Positions 1 to 10,457 are shown, counted from the first letter of the stretch. The stretch: DNA of 64,000 nucleotides from an uncultured Planctomycetales bacterium (GCA_964603585.1 CAZRVK010000002.1:179513-243512), one strand, 5' to 3'. The notes: generated from the letters alone by a model not told the origin. A program made the numbers and translations.

Positions 1-357
1 TATTATTTTATCGACAACCGGATCACCGTAAAAACCGTTGGTGATCATAATCACGTTCCTTGCGTTTTGTTTTGCGTAATCAATGGCTTCGAATATCCCC
101 TCATATAAAAACGGCTCCCCTCCGGTCAAAACCAAATCCGGGATATCCAGCTCTACCATTTCGTCAATGATGCTCTTTATCTCTTCTACCTTGATCTCAT
201 ATTCTTTGTTAAACTCGAGGTTCTTTATCCCGCACATAATACAGTGTTGATTGCAGAGATAATTAATGGTCAATGTTACGTTACGGGGAGGAAACAGCGG
301 CCAGTCGATTTTCTTAGAAATGAAATAACGTATGCGCTCTTTATTCTTTTTTTCCAT
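1..357 (-). CDS. radical SAM protein (partial; C-terminus lies beyond window start)
   Basis: Reverse-complement translation from ATG at 357 gives MEKKNKERIRYFISKKIDWPLFPPRNVTLTINYLCNQHCIMCG... with CxxxCxxC (CNQHCIMC) and a GGEPFLY glycine-rich SAM motif. Not in the ORF track because it is truncated by the window edge. Confidence 0.6.
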   Translation of the reverse strand, partial: MEKKNKERIRYFISKKIDWPLFPPRNVTLTINYLCNQHCIMCGIKNLEFNKEYEIKVEEIKSIIDEMVELDIPDLVLTGGEPFLYEGIFEAIDYAKQNARNVIMITNGFYGDPVVDKII

Positions 358-1312
358 AATACTCTACGCCTCCTACCATACAATTCATCATACAGGGCCT
401 TTGGCAGCTGGCTACCGCACGAAGTGCATCATCGGTGCTTGATTTATTCCAGATGGTCAGGAAATCATCTTTCTTTAGATCACCCAGACAATGGTCACAA
501 ATACAAACCTTGCCGTCCACGCATACGCTAAGAAAATCACGGCCGTTCCTGCATCTGAAAATGCCCGGCTCTAACATATTCTTATAATAATTGACGATAT
601 TATTCAGATAATCCATGGTGTTAGCAACATATATGGGTGCGGAACGGTCATTTTTTATCGCAATTATCTTCTGGATCTGGGAATCCAAAGCCTTCAGGTC
701 ATCTCCCCGGACCCAGAAAGGATCGGCTAACTGATTCTGCCGCAAATCAGCGTTATCAGACAAAAATACTTCATAGGTTATATTATTGCACCCCCAGGCA
801 GAAGCTAAATTCAGGATATTCACGAGTTCAAGCACATTATTCTTTACTATAACGGTATTAACGGTTAAAAACGGTTTTTTCCCTTTTGCCTTTCTTTGCT
901 TGAGATAACGCATAAACCCGCTTAGCCTGAAAAATACCCCTTCTCCTCGAATGCTATCATGGGTTTTACTATAACCTCCGTCCAGCGATACGGTAATCTG
1001 ATCCACCGGAAGAGAAAGCAAAAGATCTGCAAAGGCAAGCCCGTCGAAACCATTGGTGACGATCTTGACTTCTTTAAAAATGGTGCGTGAGGTCTTTAAT
1101 ATTTCTGTTATTCCTTGTTTCAACAAAACCTCTCCCCCTACAAAATCTATCGTAGACACACCGGCTGCGGATAAATCCTTAAGTATTGCGATGATCTGTT
1201 TTGTCGATAACTCCTTTAGGCTAAGGGTAGAACTTTGAAGATTGCAAATCCTGCATTTAAGCTGGCATCGGTATGTAATATTAAATACTGCTGCAGAAGG
1301 TATATCTGCCAT
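341..1312 (-). CDS. radical SAM / SPASM-domain protein
   Basis: CQLKCRIC (CxxxCxxC) near the N-terminus, a GGE motif, and a C-terminal Cys-rich SPASM-like cluster (CRNG..CVDGKVCICDHC..CQRPCMMNC). Confidence 0.8.
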   Translation of the reverse strand: MADIPSAAVFNITYRCQLKCRICNLQSSTLSLKELSTKQIIAILKDLSAAGVSTIDFVGGEVLLKQGITEILKTSRTIFKEVKIVTNGFDGLAFADLLLSLPVDQITVSLDGGYSKTHDSIRGEGVFFRLSGFMRYLKQRKAKGKKPFLTVNTVIVKNNVLELVNILNLASAWGCNNITYEVFLSDNADLRQNQLADPFWVRGDDLKALDSQIQKIIAIKNDRSAPIYVANTMDYLNNIVNYYKNMLEPGIFRCRNGRDFLSVCVDGKVCICDHCLGDLKKDDFLTIWNKSSTDDALRAVASCQRPCMMNCMVGGVEYYGKKE

Positions 1313-1349
1313 AGGTTTAACCCGGGTTATTTGTTGTTATTGTCGCGCA

Positions 1350-2405
1350 TCAATTATTCAAAACCCCGCCCGAAAGGTAATCATATAATTCTTTTGCCAC
1401 AAGCGCATGCCCAGCCGCATTAAAATGATACCGGTCGCCTAAGGCCAATTTAAGGCTATTCATCCCATAATCATCGAAGGCCTTCTTCATATCGATAAAT
1501 TCAAACCCGATGCTTTTTAGCTGTGTTGAAATCCAGGCCTGCTCTTTTTGGCTGGACTCCCAATATTCAAGACTGGGGAAAACGACAAAAACGGCCTTAA
1601 AATTGTGCGCCTGGCTCAACTGCTTCAATCTTTGCAGTGCCTGTATCGTAACACCATCACCTAAATCGACATAACTCGCCGGGATTTTAAGGATTTTACA
1701 CGCCTTAACCAAAGAATGGTTCACCAGCTTATATAATTCTGAATTCATATAAAGCCAAACAGAAAACGGAACTCCCGGGCACACAGGGACACTCCTTGAC
1801 AGATCAGCGCACGCATAATATCCTTGTTTCCTTATGATCCTGTGTTTTATATCCCTGTCGTTTAAACAATACCCTACAACCACAAGGTCCGGCTTAAAAG
1901 GCAGTAGTTTCTTCTCTAAAAATTCCACCTCTTGAGTAGTTGCATATCCCGGGATACCGCAATTAACCACGATATATTCTCCGGATCTGTCTTTATTAAG
2001 CAATGCCTCCAGCTGGTAAGGGTAATAATCACTGTCTAAATCCGCGCGCGGCTCTAAACGTGTTGTCGAATCGCCCAAGACAAATATCCTGTATGCGCCA
2101 GGTGAAGCGTTGATCCTGGATTTAAAACCATAAAACCAGGTATTCGGTTCATAAAATAACCGGCTGTTACTGCTAAGCACATAGTGCGGCGGTTCACCGT
2201 TTTGAGTGTGCTGAAACGTAGCCATCCCCCACCATCGTCGGTTGTCTTTAGCCAATATCTCTAATTGGGATACTCCCAATGCAAAAGGAGAATACCTCTC
2301 ATATATCCGAAGGAAACATTCGCATGCGAATAAACCCGCGAATATAGCAAATAAAACCAGGGGTAAATTCCCGAATCGCTTAGGCATTTTAGATTTTTCC
2401 CGCAT
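1350..2405 (-). CDS. SGNH/GDSL-family hydrolase with N-terminal membrane anchor
   Basis: Hydrophobic N-terminus followed by an IFVLGDSTT block (GDS motif). Sits inside the glycan cluster. Confidence 0.55.
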   Translation of the reverse strand: MREKSKMPKRFGNLPLVLFAIFAGLFACECFLRIYERYSPFALGVSQLEILAKDNRRWWGMATFQHTQNGEPPHYVLSSNSRLFYEPNTWFYGFKSRINASPGAYRIFVLGDSTTRLEPRADLDSDYYPYQLEALLNKDRSGEYIVVNCGIPGYATTQEVEFLEKKLLPFKPDLVVVGYCLNDRDIKHRIIRKQGYYACADLSRSVPVCPGVPFSVWLYMNSELYKLVNHSLVKACKILKIPASYVDLGDGVTIQALQRLKQLSQAHNFKAVFVVFPSLEYWESSQKEQAWISTQLKSIGFEFIDMKKAFDDYGMNSLKLALGDRYHFNAAGHALVAKELYDYLSGGVLNN

Positions 2406-2408
2406 GAT

Positions 2409-4337
2409 TTAATCACAAAAGCAAGGCAAAAGGCAAGGATTACCGCATGCCTTGACCCTTGCCATCGCCTGACGGCTTTCTTTAGAATCGAAGATATTTT
2501 TTAAATAATCCTTACGCACATTCCCATAACTGCCATAACAGGTGGTAACCTCGCCGTTATTTGCAATAAGCATGGTCCTTTCCGCATAAAGGCACCTCAC
2601 ATCCTGTGGGGCTAAATTACCGCGAAAGTATTTTTTGGCTAAAGCAAGATTATTCACCGAATTGCGCAAGAGCGAAACATTTTTATTCTTAAATTCTATC
2701 AGATCATCAATAACCTGGTCCAGGACAGCTAATCTTTCCTTGGGGATCCAATACTTAACCTTGCTCGAGCGCTGTTTCATTATCAGATTGTTAGAAAGTA
2801 ACGGCTGGAATTGTATCGAATTCACATTCAGGGATTTTAAAAACCCGGCCAAAGATAAAAGCTCTTCTAAGTTCTCATTAAGTATTATGGAAATAACGTT
2901 GAAGTTTATCCCCGGGTCGGTTTTCTTAAGATATGCGAGTTTCTTCAGCCCTTTAATAGTCTTTTCAAAACACCCCTTGCCACCTCTTATATCATCATGG
3001 ATCTCCGGCGTTAAAGCGTCCAGGGAGATACTCAAAGATAGCGCACGGGAAGTTAAATAAGGCGATAATCTGCCAATGAATTTGTCATCCAATAATATCC
3101 CGTTTGTTAAAATCCCAGTATGATATTTTTTCTCTTTTACATAATCCAGTATCTCAAATATATCCTCTCGTATAAGCGGTTCACCCCCGGACAAAACAAA
3201 CTCCTTTACCCCCCAGTCATAAGCCTGGGCAATCAGGCTTTTTACCTCGTTTGTGGCAAATTCCTTGATCGGACGGTCGGATCTAATCTCACAGATATTA
3301 CATTTTAGATTACACCTATGGGTTATATCCAAGATAATGAATTCCGGGCGATCATTAAGCGGGACGGTTTCCTTGAAATCCCCGGGTAAATCCGGATCAA
3401 TGAAGTTATGTGTCCTGAAATATTCGGAAACATTCCCTGCCAAGTAGATAATTTTATGCAAAGCTAAATAAGCATAGATCCGGGATCTCTTATAAAGATC
3501 GGCCTGCCCCTGCAAAGAAACCAGGCCATTACCTAAAAGACACGAAAACCGCGGGATCTTTAAAACATTAATTATAGTGGCAAACCAAAAAGAAACCTTG
3601 CCGGTAGAGAGTTCTTTTAACAGAGGGTGATCTTTATGTATCCTTTTAACAAGTAAATTCCCCCGGCCGTAAATGTATGCCTGTTTCATAAAACTCCGCA
3701 TATTTTCATCGCGATAATGTATGACTTTTATCTTTTTATCCCAAATGAACCTGTGCCCCCCCTTAAATAACCGCCAAAAGAATTCCAGGTCTTCTCCTCC
3801 GGGCAAAGGAAATCTTTCATCGAATTTATATTTGTCAAATACCCACCTCTTTAATGAAACATTGCAGGTGGGGAAAAAAATCACCTCTTTATTTCCTTTT
3901 ATGCTGGTTTCTATGCTGAATGTGCTTAAAAACTGGCTGACCATGACCGGGGTTTTCTGATTAGAAGCCAGGGTCAAGCCGCCTACTGCGGCAATATCCG
4001 GATTACTGCGGTGTGTCTCCACCATAGCCCTTACCCAGCCAGGGTGTGCCGTACAATCATCGTCGATAAAACCAACGATTGCACTGCAACTGTTTGTGAC
4101 CCCTAAATTCCTGCCCTTTGCCGGGCCAAATCCGGGTTGAGAAAAATATCTTAAGTTTGGATGCCGGGGCCTAAACCTGTCTATCAAAGACCTGGTCTCA
4201 TCACTGGCGGCATCATCGATTATGATAACCTCAAACGCATCCTGCGGATAATCCTGATGAATAAGGGATTTCAAACATTCCGCAAGTTTATCTTGCCTGT
4301 TATATGTCGGGACGATTATTGAAATATCAGTGGGCAC
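2409..4337 (-). CDS. family-2 glycosyltransferase fused to a radical SAM/SPASM domain
   Basis: N-terminal IIVPTYNRQD...IIIDDAASDE (GT2 fold, DxD). The C-terminal half has ITHRCNLKCNICE (CxxxCxxC), GGEPLIRED and a terminal CGNPCLLPCFCD SPASM-like cluster. Confidence 0.75.
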   Translation of the reverse strand: MPTDISIIVPTYNRQDKLAECLKSLIHQDYPQDAFEVIIIDDAASDETRSLIDRFRPRHPNLRYFSQPGFGPAKGRNLGVTNSCSAIVGFIDDDCTAHPGWVRAMVETHRSNPDIAAVGGLTLASNQKTPVMVSQFLSTFSIETSIKGNKEVIFFPTCNVSLKRWVFDKYKFDERFPLPGGEDLEFFWRLFKGGHRFIWDKKIKVIHYRDENMRSFMKQAYIYGRGNLLVKRIHKDHPLLKELSTGKVSFWFATIINVLKIPRFSCLLGNGLVSLQGQADLYKRSRIYAYLALHKIIYLAGNVSEYFRTHNFIDPDLPGDFKETVPLNDRPEFIILDITHRCNLKCNICEIRSDRPIKEFATNEVKSLIAQAYDWGVKEFVLSGGEPLIREDIFEILDYVKEKKYHTGILTNGILLDDKFIGRLSPYLTSRALSLSISLDALTPEIHDDIRGGKGCFEKTIKGLKKLAYLKKTDPGINFNVISIILNENLEELLSLAGFLKSLNVNSIQFQPLLSNNLIMKQRSSKVKYWIPKERLAVLDQVIDDLIEFKNKNVSLLRNSVNNLALAKKYFRGNLAPQDVRCLYAERTMLIANNGEVTTCYGSYGNVRKDYLKNIFDSKESRQAMARVKACGNPCLLPCFCD

Positions 4338-5535
4338 CTAAACCCCTTTCGCTCTCGGCCTTATTATTACCCCGGTGATAACCTTTAAGGCGCTCACCTC
4401 TCGAAACCGGACTAAAATAAAAATTCCTGTAGCAATCATTCATGAACCCATCGAATTCTTCTCTGCGGGTACAGCCTAATAAACAAGGGTTGGCGCATTG
4501 TTTAATACATTTTCTGAATGTATTCGCCTTGCGCGAATACCAAAGCTGCCGCAAGCTATCTTTATAAATATCTCCGAAGCTTATTTCACCTTGCATTGGC
4601 TCTTGAGCACAAAAATACATTTTGCCATCTTGAGAAACGATCATCCGATTAAAACCCGTATAACATTTCTGCTTAGGCAAGGTGCCCCTGAAATACCATT
4701 TCACCATTTGTAATTGATCTACTCCATTAAATATAAAATCGAAGTTTTCTTTGGATGAAAGTTTATACTCTACTAATTTGTTTATTGCCCGATCAAGTTC
4801 TGGATAGCGATCCCTGGGTATCCAATTTGAATCCGGGTTATCCCTTATCCTGGCGTCCGTGTTATCACTAACAACCGGCTGAAACCCGATACAGGCAACT
4901 TCTAATTTTCTTGCTAAATCCACAATATCCAGCAATTCTTCTATATTGTGATCCATTATAGTGCAAAAAATAACTATGTTGGGTAAAAAAGACTTCTTCG
5001 CTTTCTTTTTGCTATTTAACAAATTTATGTTGGATAATATCCGCTGGAAAATACCTTCGCCCCTGATTTTCTTGAAAGTATCTTCACACGCACCATCAAT
5101 CGAAACCACCAGATCTTCAAGCCCGGAGGCAAACATTTTGTCCACTATATCTAACCGGTCCAGAAGGGTGCCGTTTGTCGAAACCAGGGTTTTCATATTG
5201 CAGGTGTTGGCAAATTTTATGATCTCAAAGATATCCTCCCGTAAAAAAGGCTCTCCTCCCAGTAAAAACAACTGTTTAATCCCCATTTCCCGGGCTTGCA
5301 TTATCAAATTTATTATTACTTCATAAGGCAGCTCTGAATTCAGCCCGGATTGTTTAACTATTTCTGACCGTTCATGCATGTTGCACATTTTGCACCTTAA
5401 GTTACAACGGAACAAAAAACACAACTGCAACATATCCGGCTCAACCAAAGGATAACCTATTTGCCTGGAAAGATAAAATCTAAAATGTCTAAGTAATATT
5501 CTGGCTGTAGACTGCCAGTTCAAGACATCATTCAT
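4327..5535 (-). CDS. radical SAM / SPASM-domain protein
   Basis: FRCNLRCKMCNM (CxxxCxxC), GGEPFLREDIFEII, and a C-terminal CYTGF..YFCAQE...CIKQCANPCLLGC cluster. Paralogous to the adjacent rSAM genes. Confidence 0.8.
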   Translation of the reverse strand: MNDVLNWQSTARILLRHFRFYLSRQIGYPLVEPDMLQLCFLFRCNLRCKMCNMHERSEIVKQSGLNSELPYEVIINLIMQAREMGIKQLFLLGGEPFLREDIFEIIKFANTCNMKTLVSTNGTLLDRLDIVDKMFASGLEDLVVSIDGACEDTFKKIRGEGIFQRILSNINLLNSKKKAKKSFLPNIVIFCTIMDHNIEELLDIVDLARKLEVACIGFQPVVSDNTDARIRDNPDSNWIPRDRYPELDRAINKLVEYKLSSKENFDFIFNGVDQLQMVKWYFRGTLPKQKCYTGFNRMIVSQDGKMYFCAQEPMQGEISFGDIYKDSLRQLWYSRKANTFRKCIKQCANPCLLGCTRREEFDGFMNDCYRNFYFSPVSRGERLKGYHRGNNKAESERGLGAH

Positions 5536-5552
5536 TTTTCACCCCATGCCAC

Positions 5553-8270
5553 CTATCCATCAATACTAAAGTCGCCAGCAAAATAAAAATAATTCCCGGG
5601 GGCCATAATTAATTTAATCGGGTCCAAACACTGTATTAACCGGCCCCGGTGATAAACGTCGGAATTCACGATATTAAGGCGCTGATTGGCATTTACCCCT
5701 TGATTAAACAATGTGATCGTAGGCAATGATTTCTCCTGATCCGAGGTTTTAGCTACGCCAATACGCCTGGCATTATCCTCACTCGAATAAATAACATCCC
5801 ACTTGTCATCGAGGTTATTATTAAATACGGGAAAATCCTGCACCAAGGTATCTTTTATCCACCGGGAGTATATCTCTGAAACCATAAGATTTGTCTGCGC
5901 GGATTCGATCTCTACCTCTTTATTGATTTCCATTCTAACATTAAATTCAATAAGATTATCGTCTTTTATACCTATCTGCCAATATTGCGTCAGAGGTAAA
6001 TACACCCACTCTCCGGCAGCCTTAATTATCCGAGTATCATTTTCTATAATCTTCCATCTGGCAAAAGAAGCCGAATCATACCACCTCCCCTTAGAGCACA
6101 TGGAGGTATAAAGCCCCAGTTTCTTAGTCAGTTCGAAGCCATCCCAAAATATACGCCCGCTTCCCTGGCTAAAAATAATCTTCAGCCTATTGCCTTTCAA
6201 CTCATTTGAAACGGGACGACGCATTAAATCATTCCGCCCCAAATGCATGTCTAATTTAAAGCAAGGATATGTACCGACAGATAATTTATTGGCCCTTTCC
6301 GGATCTACTTTATCTATACGCATTATTCTTGCCTTATCATAAAAATTAGAATTGATGATTTTCGCATAATTATGAGATAGATTGGAGAACTTCACGTTTA
6401 ATTCCGGCAATTGTGCCTCTGGGACGGAAAGCCCCAATTCACCTTCAGGCAGGCATATTTGCAGCATATCCATTTCGCTTTCCCGGAAACTTTCCGGAAA
6501 AACTCCTACGCCATACTTGCTAAACCAATGTGAATAACCATCACAACAGGCAATAGAAAAATGCTGCTGATCAATAACTAACTCTTCAGCAACCTGGATG
6601 CTCACATCCCAATTAACAGAATTGCCACCGTTAATTTCTGCCTCCCAGATCTGGATCAATGCAAGACCAGGCCACCGACCTAAAGCAATGATCTTATTAC
6701 TACCTTGTTTCTTAACCTCCCATTGCGCCAGATTAGAAAAATACCCTTTCCCGCCAGAATAAACAGCTGTGCTGATGTGGTTGTTCTTGGTTAAGCTCCT
6801 GCCTTCATATTCGAGGATAAACCTGCCGTTATCGAACACGAGCTTTAAATCCTTGGCAGATAAAACAAACTCATTTTGTGTTTTTGAAAGATATCCGTCT
6901 ATATCTGCAGTATTTATCACCATCTTGCCTGCAAAACAAATGGACTGATCCGCCTGATGGACTGACTGGAGGGAAAAAGGGTTCAATCGGTACTGCAATA
7001 TGCGTGACCGCGATAAATAATCCGAGTTTATGATCGATCCCTGCGACAAGCCTCCTAACGGCAGTTTTTCAAACAGAAAAGACTTCATAATGGAATCATC
7101 CGAAGGCAAAGAATACACCCCAAGACAGGCGCTCGTAACAAGCCTTGTAAATATAGGTACCGGGATTTTATCTTCACCGCTAATTACAGGGAAAACCCCT
7201 TTCTTGGAATCAGCAAACCATTGGAGATATTCTTCTTTCATTGCAACATTAACATGCATTTCAAGCAAATCCGGGCTTTTATCCACCTCCAGCTCTATAT
7301 CCCAGGTAACCTCCATATTATCTGAAACCTCTATGTGCCAAACTTGAGTCAACCCTAATTGATAAAAATTACCGGCTGCCGTAAAGGCCCCGAAAGAGGT
7401 ATTTTTAATCTCCCATTCCGCTTGAGCAGAATTATACCACCTGGATCCGGCGTTAAATGCCGTATAGGCGCCCAAAGGAGAAGTAACTGGATCGCCGTTC
7501 CAGCTCAAAAATAATCTGCCATTATTAAATATTAAACCAAGGGGCCCCCTTTCAATTATCGCTATCCCCTCCGGGCTGCCAATGGCTTGAGAGTAAACAG
7601 GCACAACCTTAGAAGATGTATCGTCTTTTACCAGGGTGCCATTCTTCATAAAAAGCGCCCTTTTGCATAACCGTTGTAAAAGCGCCATATCATGGGTCAC
7701 AATAACAATAGTCCTGGATTGCTCTTTCAGCTCCAACATCTTTTTTATGCATTTTCTTTGAAAATATTCATCCCCCACCGACAAGGTATCATCGATAAGC
7801 AAAATATCCGGATCCGTATGAATGGCTATGGCAAAGGCCAGCCGCACGAACATACCCTGCGAATAACATTTTACCGGAGCATGAATGAACTTGCCTATCT
7901 CTGCAAATCCCACGATCTCTTCATATTTGGTTTCGATTAAATCTTTAGATAAACCAAAAAGTTCGGATTGCAGATAAAGATTTTCCCTGCCGGTCAATTC
8001 CGGCTGAAAACCAGCACCTAACTCCAGCAGCCCGGACACATTCTTCGATACTTTTATCTGGCCGCGGTCAGGTTTTAACATCCCTGCGATCAACTTTAAA
8101 ATCGTGGTTTTACCAGAACCATTTTCACCGATTATACCGACAATCTCTCCGGGTTCTACCGAAAATGTTACCCCTCTTAACGCCCAGAAATTATCCCAGG
8201 AGGCCTTGCCCTCGGCCATAAACTTGATCCGGTACATTTCCCAAACATCGCTTAATTCAATTATCGCCAT
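5553..8270 (-). CDS. wzt: ABC transporter ATP-binding protein, Wzt-like, with three tandem C-terminal substrate-binding-type domains
   Basis: Walker A GENGSGKTT, signature-like YSQGM, Walker B ILLIDDTLSVGD in the first ~250 aa. The remaining ~650 aa hold three ~160-aa repeats sharing NGR(L/F)(F/I)L..W.G / W...A.W(E/K)(I/V)K / Q.W.I motifs. Confidence 0.8.
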   Translation of the reverse strand: MAIIELSDVWEMYRIKFMAEGKASWDNFWALRGVTFSVEPGEIVGIIGENGSGKTTILKLIAGMLKPDRGQIKVSKNVSGLLELGAGFQPELTGRENLYLQSELFGLSKDLIETKYEEIVGFAEIGKFIHAPVKCYSQGMFVRLAFAIAIHTDPDILLIDDTLSVGDEYFQRKCIKKMLELKEQSRTIVIVTHDMALLQRLCKRALFMKNGTLVKDDTSSKVVPVYSQAIGSPEGIAIIERGPLGLIFNNGRLFLSWNGDPVTSPLGAYTAFNAGSRWYNSAQAEWEIKNTSFGAFTAAGNFYQLGLTQVWHIEVSDNMEVTWDIELEVDKSPDLLEMHVNVAMKEEYLQWFADSKKGVFPVISGEDKIPVPIFTRLVTSACLGVYSLPSDDSIMKSFLFEKLPLGGLSQGSIINSDYLSRSRILQYRLNPFSLQSVHQADQSICFAGKMVINTADIDGYLSKTQNEFVLSAKDLKLVFDNGRFILEYEGRSLTKNNHISTAVYSGGKGYFSNLAQWEVKKQGSNKIIALGRWPGLALIQIWEAEINGGNSVNWDVSIQVAEELVIDQQHFSIACCDGYSHWFSKYGVGVFPESFRESEMDMLQICLPEGELGLSVPEAQLPELNVKFSNLSHNYAKIINSNFYDKARIMRIDKVDPERANKLSVGTYPCFKLDMHLGRNDLMRRPVSNELKGNRLKIIFSQGSGRIFWDGFELTKKLGLYTSMCSKGRWYDSASFARWKIIENDTRIIKAAGEWVYLPLTQYWQIGIKDDNLIEFNVRMEINKEVEIESAQTNLMVSEIYSRWIKDTLVQDFPVFNNNLDDKWDVIYSSEDNARRIGVAKTSDQEKSLPTITLFNQGVNANQRLNIVNSDVYHRGRLIQCLDPIKLIMAPGNYFYFAGDFSIDG

Positions 8271-8271
8271 A

Positions 8272-9063
8272 TTAAATATGCTTTAATATCCTATCCTCAA
8301 AATACACGGAAATAAATAAACCAAGGCACACGCTTAATACCGTCCAACAGGCAACTTCCTGAAAAGTGGATATTGCGGGGATCTTACCTTGAAAGACTAT
8401 ATCATGATAAAAAGTAACAAAAGGGAGCGCCGGATTGAACTTAAAGATCCATCTAAACGCCTCCGGAACCATCTCTATGGAATAAAACACCGGCGTTGCC
8501 CAAAACCAAAACATCATAAAAACACCAAGAAAATGTTCGATATCCCGGAAGAAGATATTGGCTACCGAACAAATTAACCCTATCCCGCTGGCAAATAGAT
8601 ACGTAAACAAAAGGATGAATGGCAGCAAAGGAAAGACCCAGGCGATTTTAGGGTTGGAGAGCAAGAAAACCGGGTAGATCAAACACCAGCTCAAAAGAAA
8701 TGTGAAAAAGTAAGAAAGTGTTATACAAAGAGGTAATATTTCCTTGGGCAGGCCAAATTGATGCAAAACCCCGCGTTGATTGATAAAAGCCGGCGTTGTT
8801 TCAGATACCGCTCCGGACAAAAACATCCACGGCAAGATCCCGGAAAGCACAAATAATCCGAAATTTTCCATTTCCGTCTTAAAAACAACGGTAAATACGA
8901 AGGTTATTGCCAGCATTATCAAAACAGGGTTAATTATCACCCAGAAAACACCCAGGAAAGATGCAGCGTATTTAGCCTTAAATTGTTTTACCGCCATAAG
9001 CCATAAGGAGCGCCGGAAATGGTATATCTTCTTAATTTTTTCGGCAATTAATCTTAAAAGCAT
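8272..9063 (-). CDS. wzm: ABC-2 type transporter permease (Wzm/TagG/KpsM-like)
   Basis: 263 aa, six hydrophobic segments. Immediately upstream of and translationally coupled to the Wzt-like ATPase. Confidence 0.7.
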   Translation of the reverse strand: MLLRLIAEKIKKIYHFRRSLWLMAVKQFKAKYAASFLGVFWVIINPVLIMLAITFVFTVVFKTEMENFGLFVLSGILPWMFLSGAVSETTPAFINQRGVLHQFGLPKEILPLCITLSYFFTFLLSWCLIYPVFLLSNPKIAWVFPLLPFILLFTYLFASGIGLICSVANIFFRDIEHFLGVFMMFWFWATPVFYSIEMVPEAFRWIFKFNPALPFVTFYHDIVFQGKIPAISTFQEVACWTVLSVCLGLFISVYFEDRILKHI

Positions 9064-9134
9064 CCCGGGATTTAACCATCCTTCCAGATTATTTTAGATC
9101 AGTTGCATTTTTTACTAACTTTACACCCTCTGCG

Positions 9135-10457
9135 TTACGCCATCCCCCGCTCATCCCCCCAGAGCTGCATGGCTAAATTCGCGCCATCCAACAACGCATC
9201 TTCCATTGACATATACCGCCATGAACCATAGCGCCCACAGGAAAAAATATTATTCTTAGCTAAAAATCCAAGGATCCCTTCCCGTGACCGCTTATACTGC
9301 CTGTCATAAATCGGATAACCATATTTAATATCGTTTACGTCTTCTGCACAAATTTGATCGGTTTTATCCAGGATCCCGGTCTTTAGCAGGTCCGCGCGGA
9401 TCTTGCGGATCATTTCGGATTTATTCACGCGGCCATTCTTAGGATAAGAAACTTCGGCATATAAAGAATACTCCCCGGGCCGGGAGAGAACGAAATTATG
9501 ATAAAACCCTACCCGAAAAAAACAAATCTCCTTTTGAGGAAAATACATCCAGTGCCGGGAGGAATTATCATGTTTTTTAATCCCCAGGTTTAAATTAAAA
9601 ATGGAATTCCACTGCAGCTGGTTAAATAATTTACTTATCTCTGCAGGCAGGCTTTTAATCATGCCCGGCAATTCAGGCAAAGGGATGGTAGAAATCAAAT
9701 AGTCGTATTTTTGCCTGATCCCGGAGGCGGTTACTACCTCTTTTTTATCAAGATCGATACCCACCACCTTAGATCCAGTACTAATGTTTTTAGTCTCATT
9801 TGACAAAGCCGAAATCAACCGGCTTATCCCCCCGTTTTTGGGATACCAAAAACGGGCATTATATCCGAATTGCCTTTTGCTATCTTCGACGGTTCCTTCG
9901 ATCAGCTGTTCTAATGAAGGCACCGGGATCACCCCATCCAGCCACTCACAAGTCAGGTCACGAGGATCCAGCGTCCAGAATTTACGGTTATACGGCACCA
10001 TAAAATGGCGGGCGATACCTTTGCCAAAGGTCAGGTTGATCCAATTTAAAAAACCCGGATCTTTCCTATTACGGCTTTCGCATCCATACCTGCGGGCGTT
10101 AATGAAACCCAAAACGCACTCCTTGGAAACACGCGGAGGCAGGCCATGCAGATTTGCCTGAAAAGGATATGGGATATACCTTCCGCAGGTATACACCCAG
10201 GCACTTCTTTTATGAACCAGCAAATTGTCCGGCAACAGGTGCTTGATCAAATCGAATGATTCCCTGCGTTTAAAATGCAGCAGATGCCCTGAACAATCAA
10301 ACGTGAAGCCGTTTATTTGTTTTGAGCAGCATAAACCTCCTACGATGGGATCTTTTTCCAAAATCCGGTAATCTGCGCCTTTTTTATCGAGTTGCCGCGC
10401 GGCGCTTAAACCCGCTATCCCTGCGCCTAAAATAAGGAATTTTTTCTTAAGCATCAA
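9135..10457 (-). CDS. FAD-dependent oxidoreductase (amine-oxidase fold; UDP-galactopyranose mutase-like)
   Basis: N-terminal ILGAGIAGLSAA dinucleotide-binding motif. Sits in the glycan cluster and overlaps the MraY-like gene by 11 nt. Confidence 0.55.
   Translation of the reverse strand: MMLKKKFLILGAGIAGLSAARQLDKKGADYRILEKDPIVGGLCCSKQINGFTFDCSGHLLHFKRRESFDLIKHLLPDNLLVHKRSAWVYTCGRYIPYPFQANLHGLPPRVSKECVLGFINARRYGCESRNRKDPGFLNWINLTFGKGIARHFMVPYNRKFWTLDPRDLTCEWLDGVIPVPSLEQLIEGTVEDSKRQFGYNARFWYPKNGGISRLISALSNETKNISTGSKVVGIDLDKKEVVTASGIRQKYDYLISTIPLPELPGMIKSLPAEISKLFNQLQWNSIFNLNLGIKKHDNSSRHWMYFPQKEICFFRVGFYHNFVLSRPGEYSLYAEVSYPKNGRVNKSEMIRKIRADLLKTGILDKTDQICAEDVNDIKYGYPIYDRQYKRSREGILGFLAKNNIFSCGRYGSWRYMSMEDALLDGANLAMQLWGDERGMA

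Noticed and set aside
244-531. 95-aa plus-strand ORF at the window start
   Set aside because: It lies antisense across the junction of two minus-strand radical-SAM genes and has no recognisable motif. The minus-strand frames give clear CxxxCxxC proteins instead.
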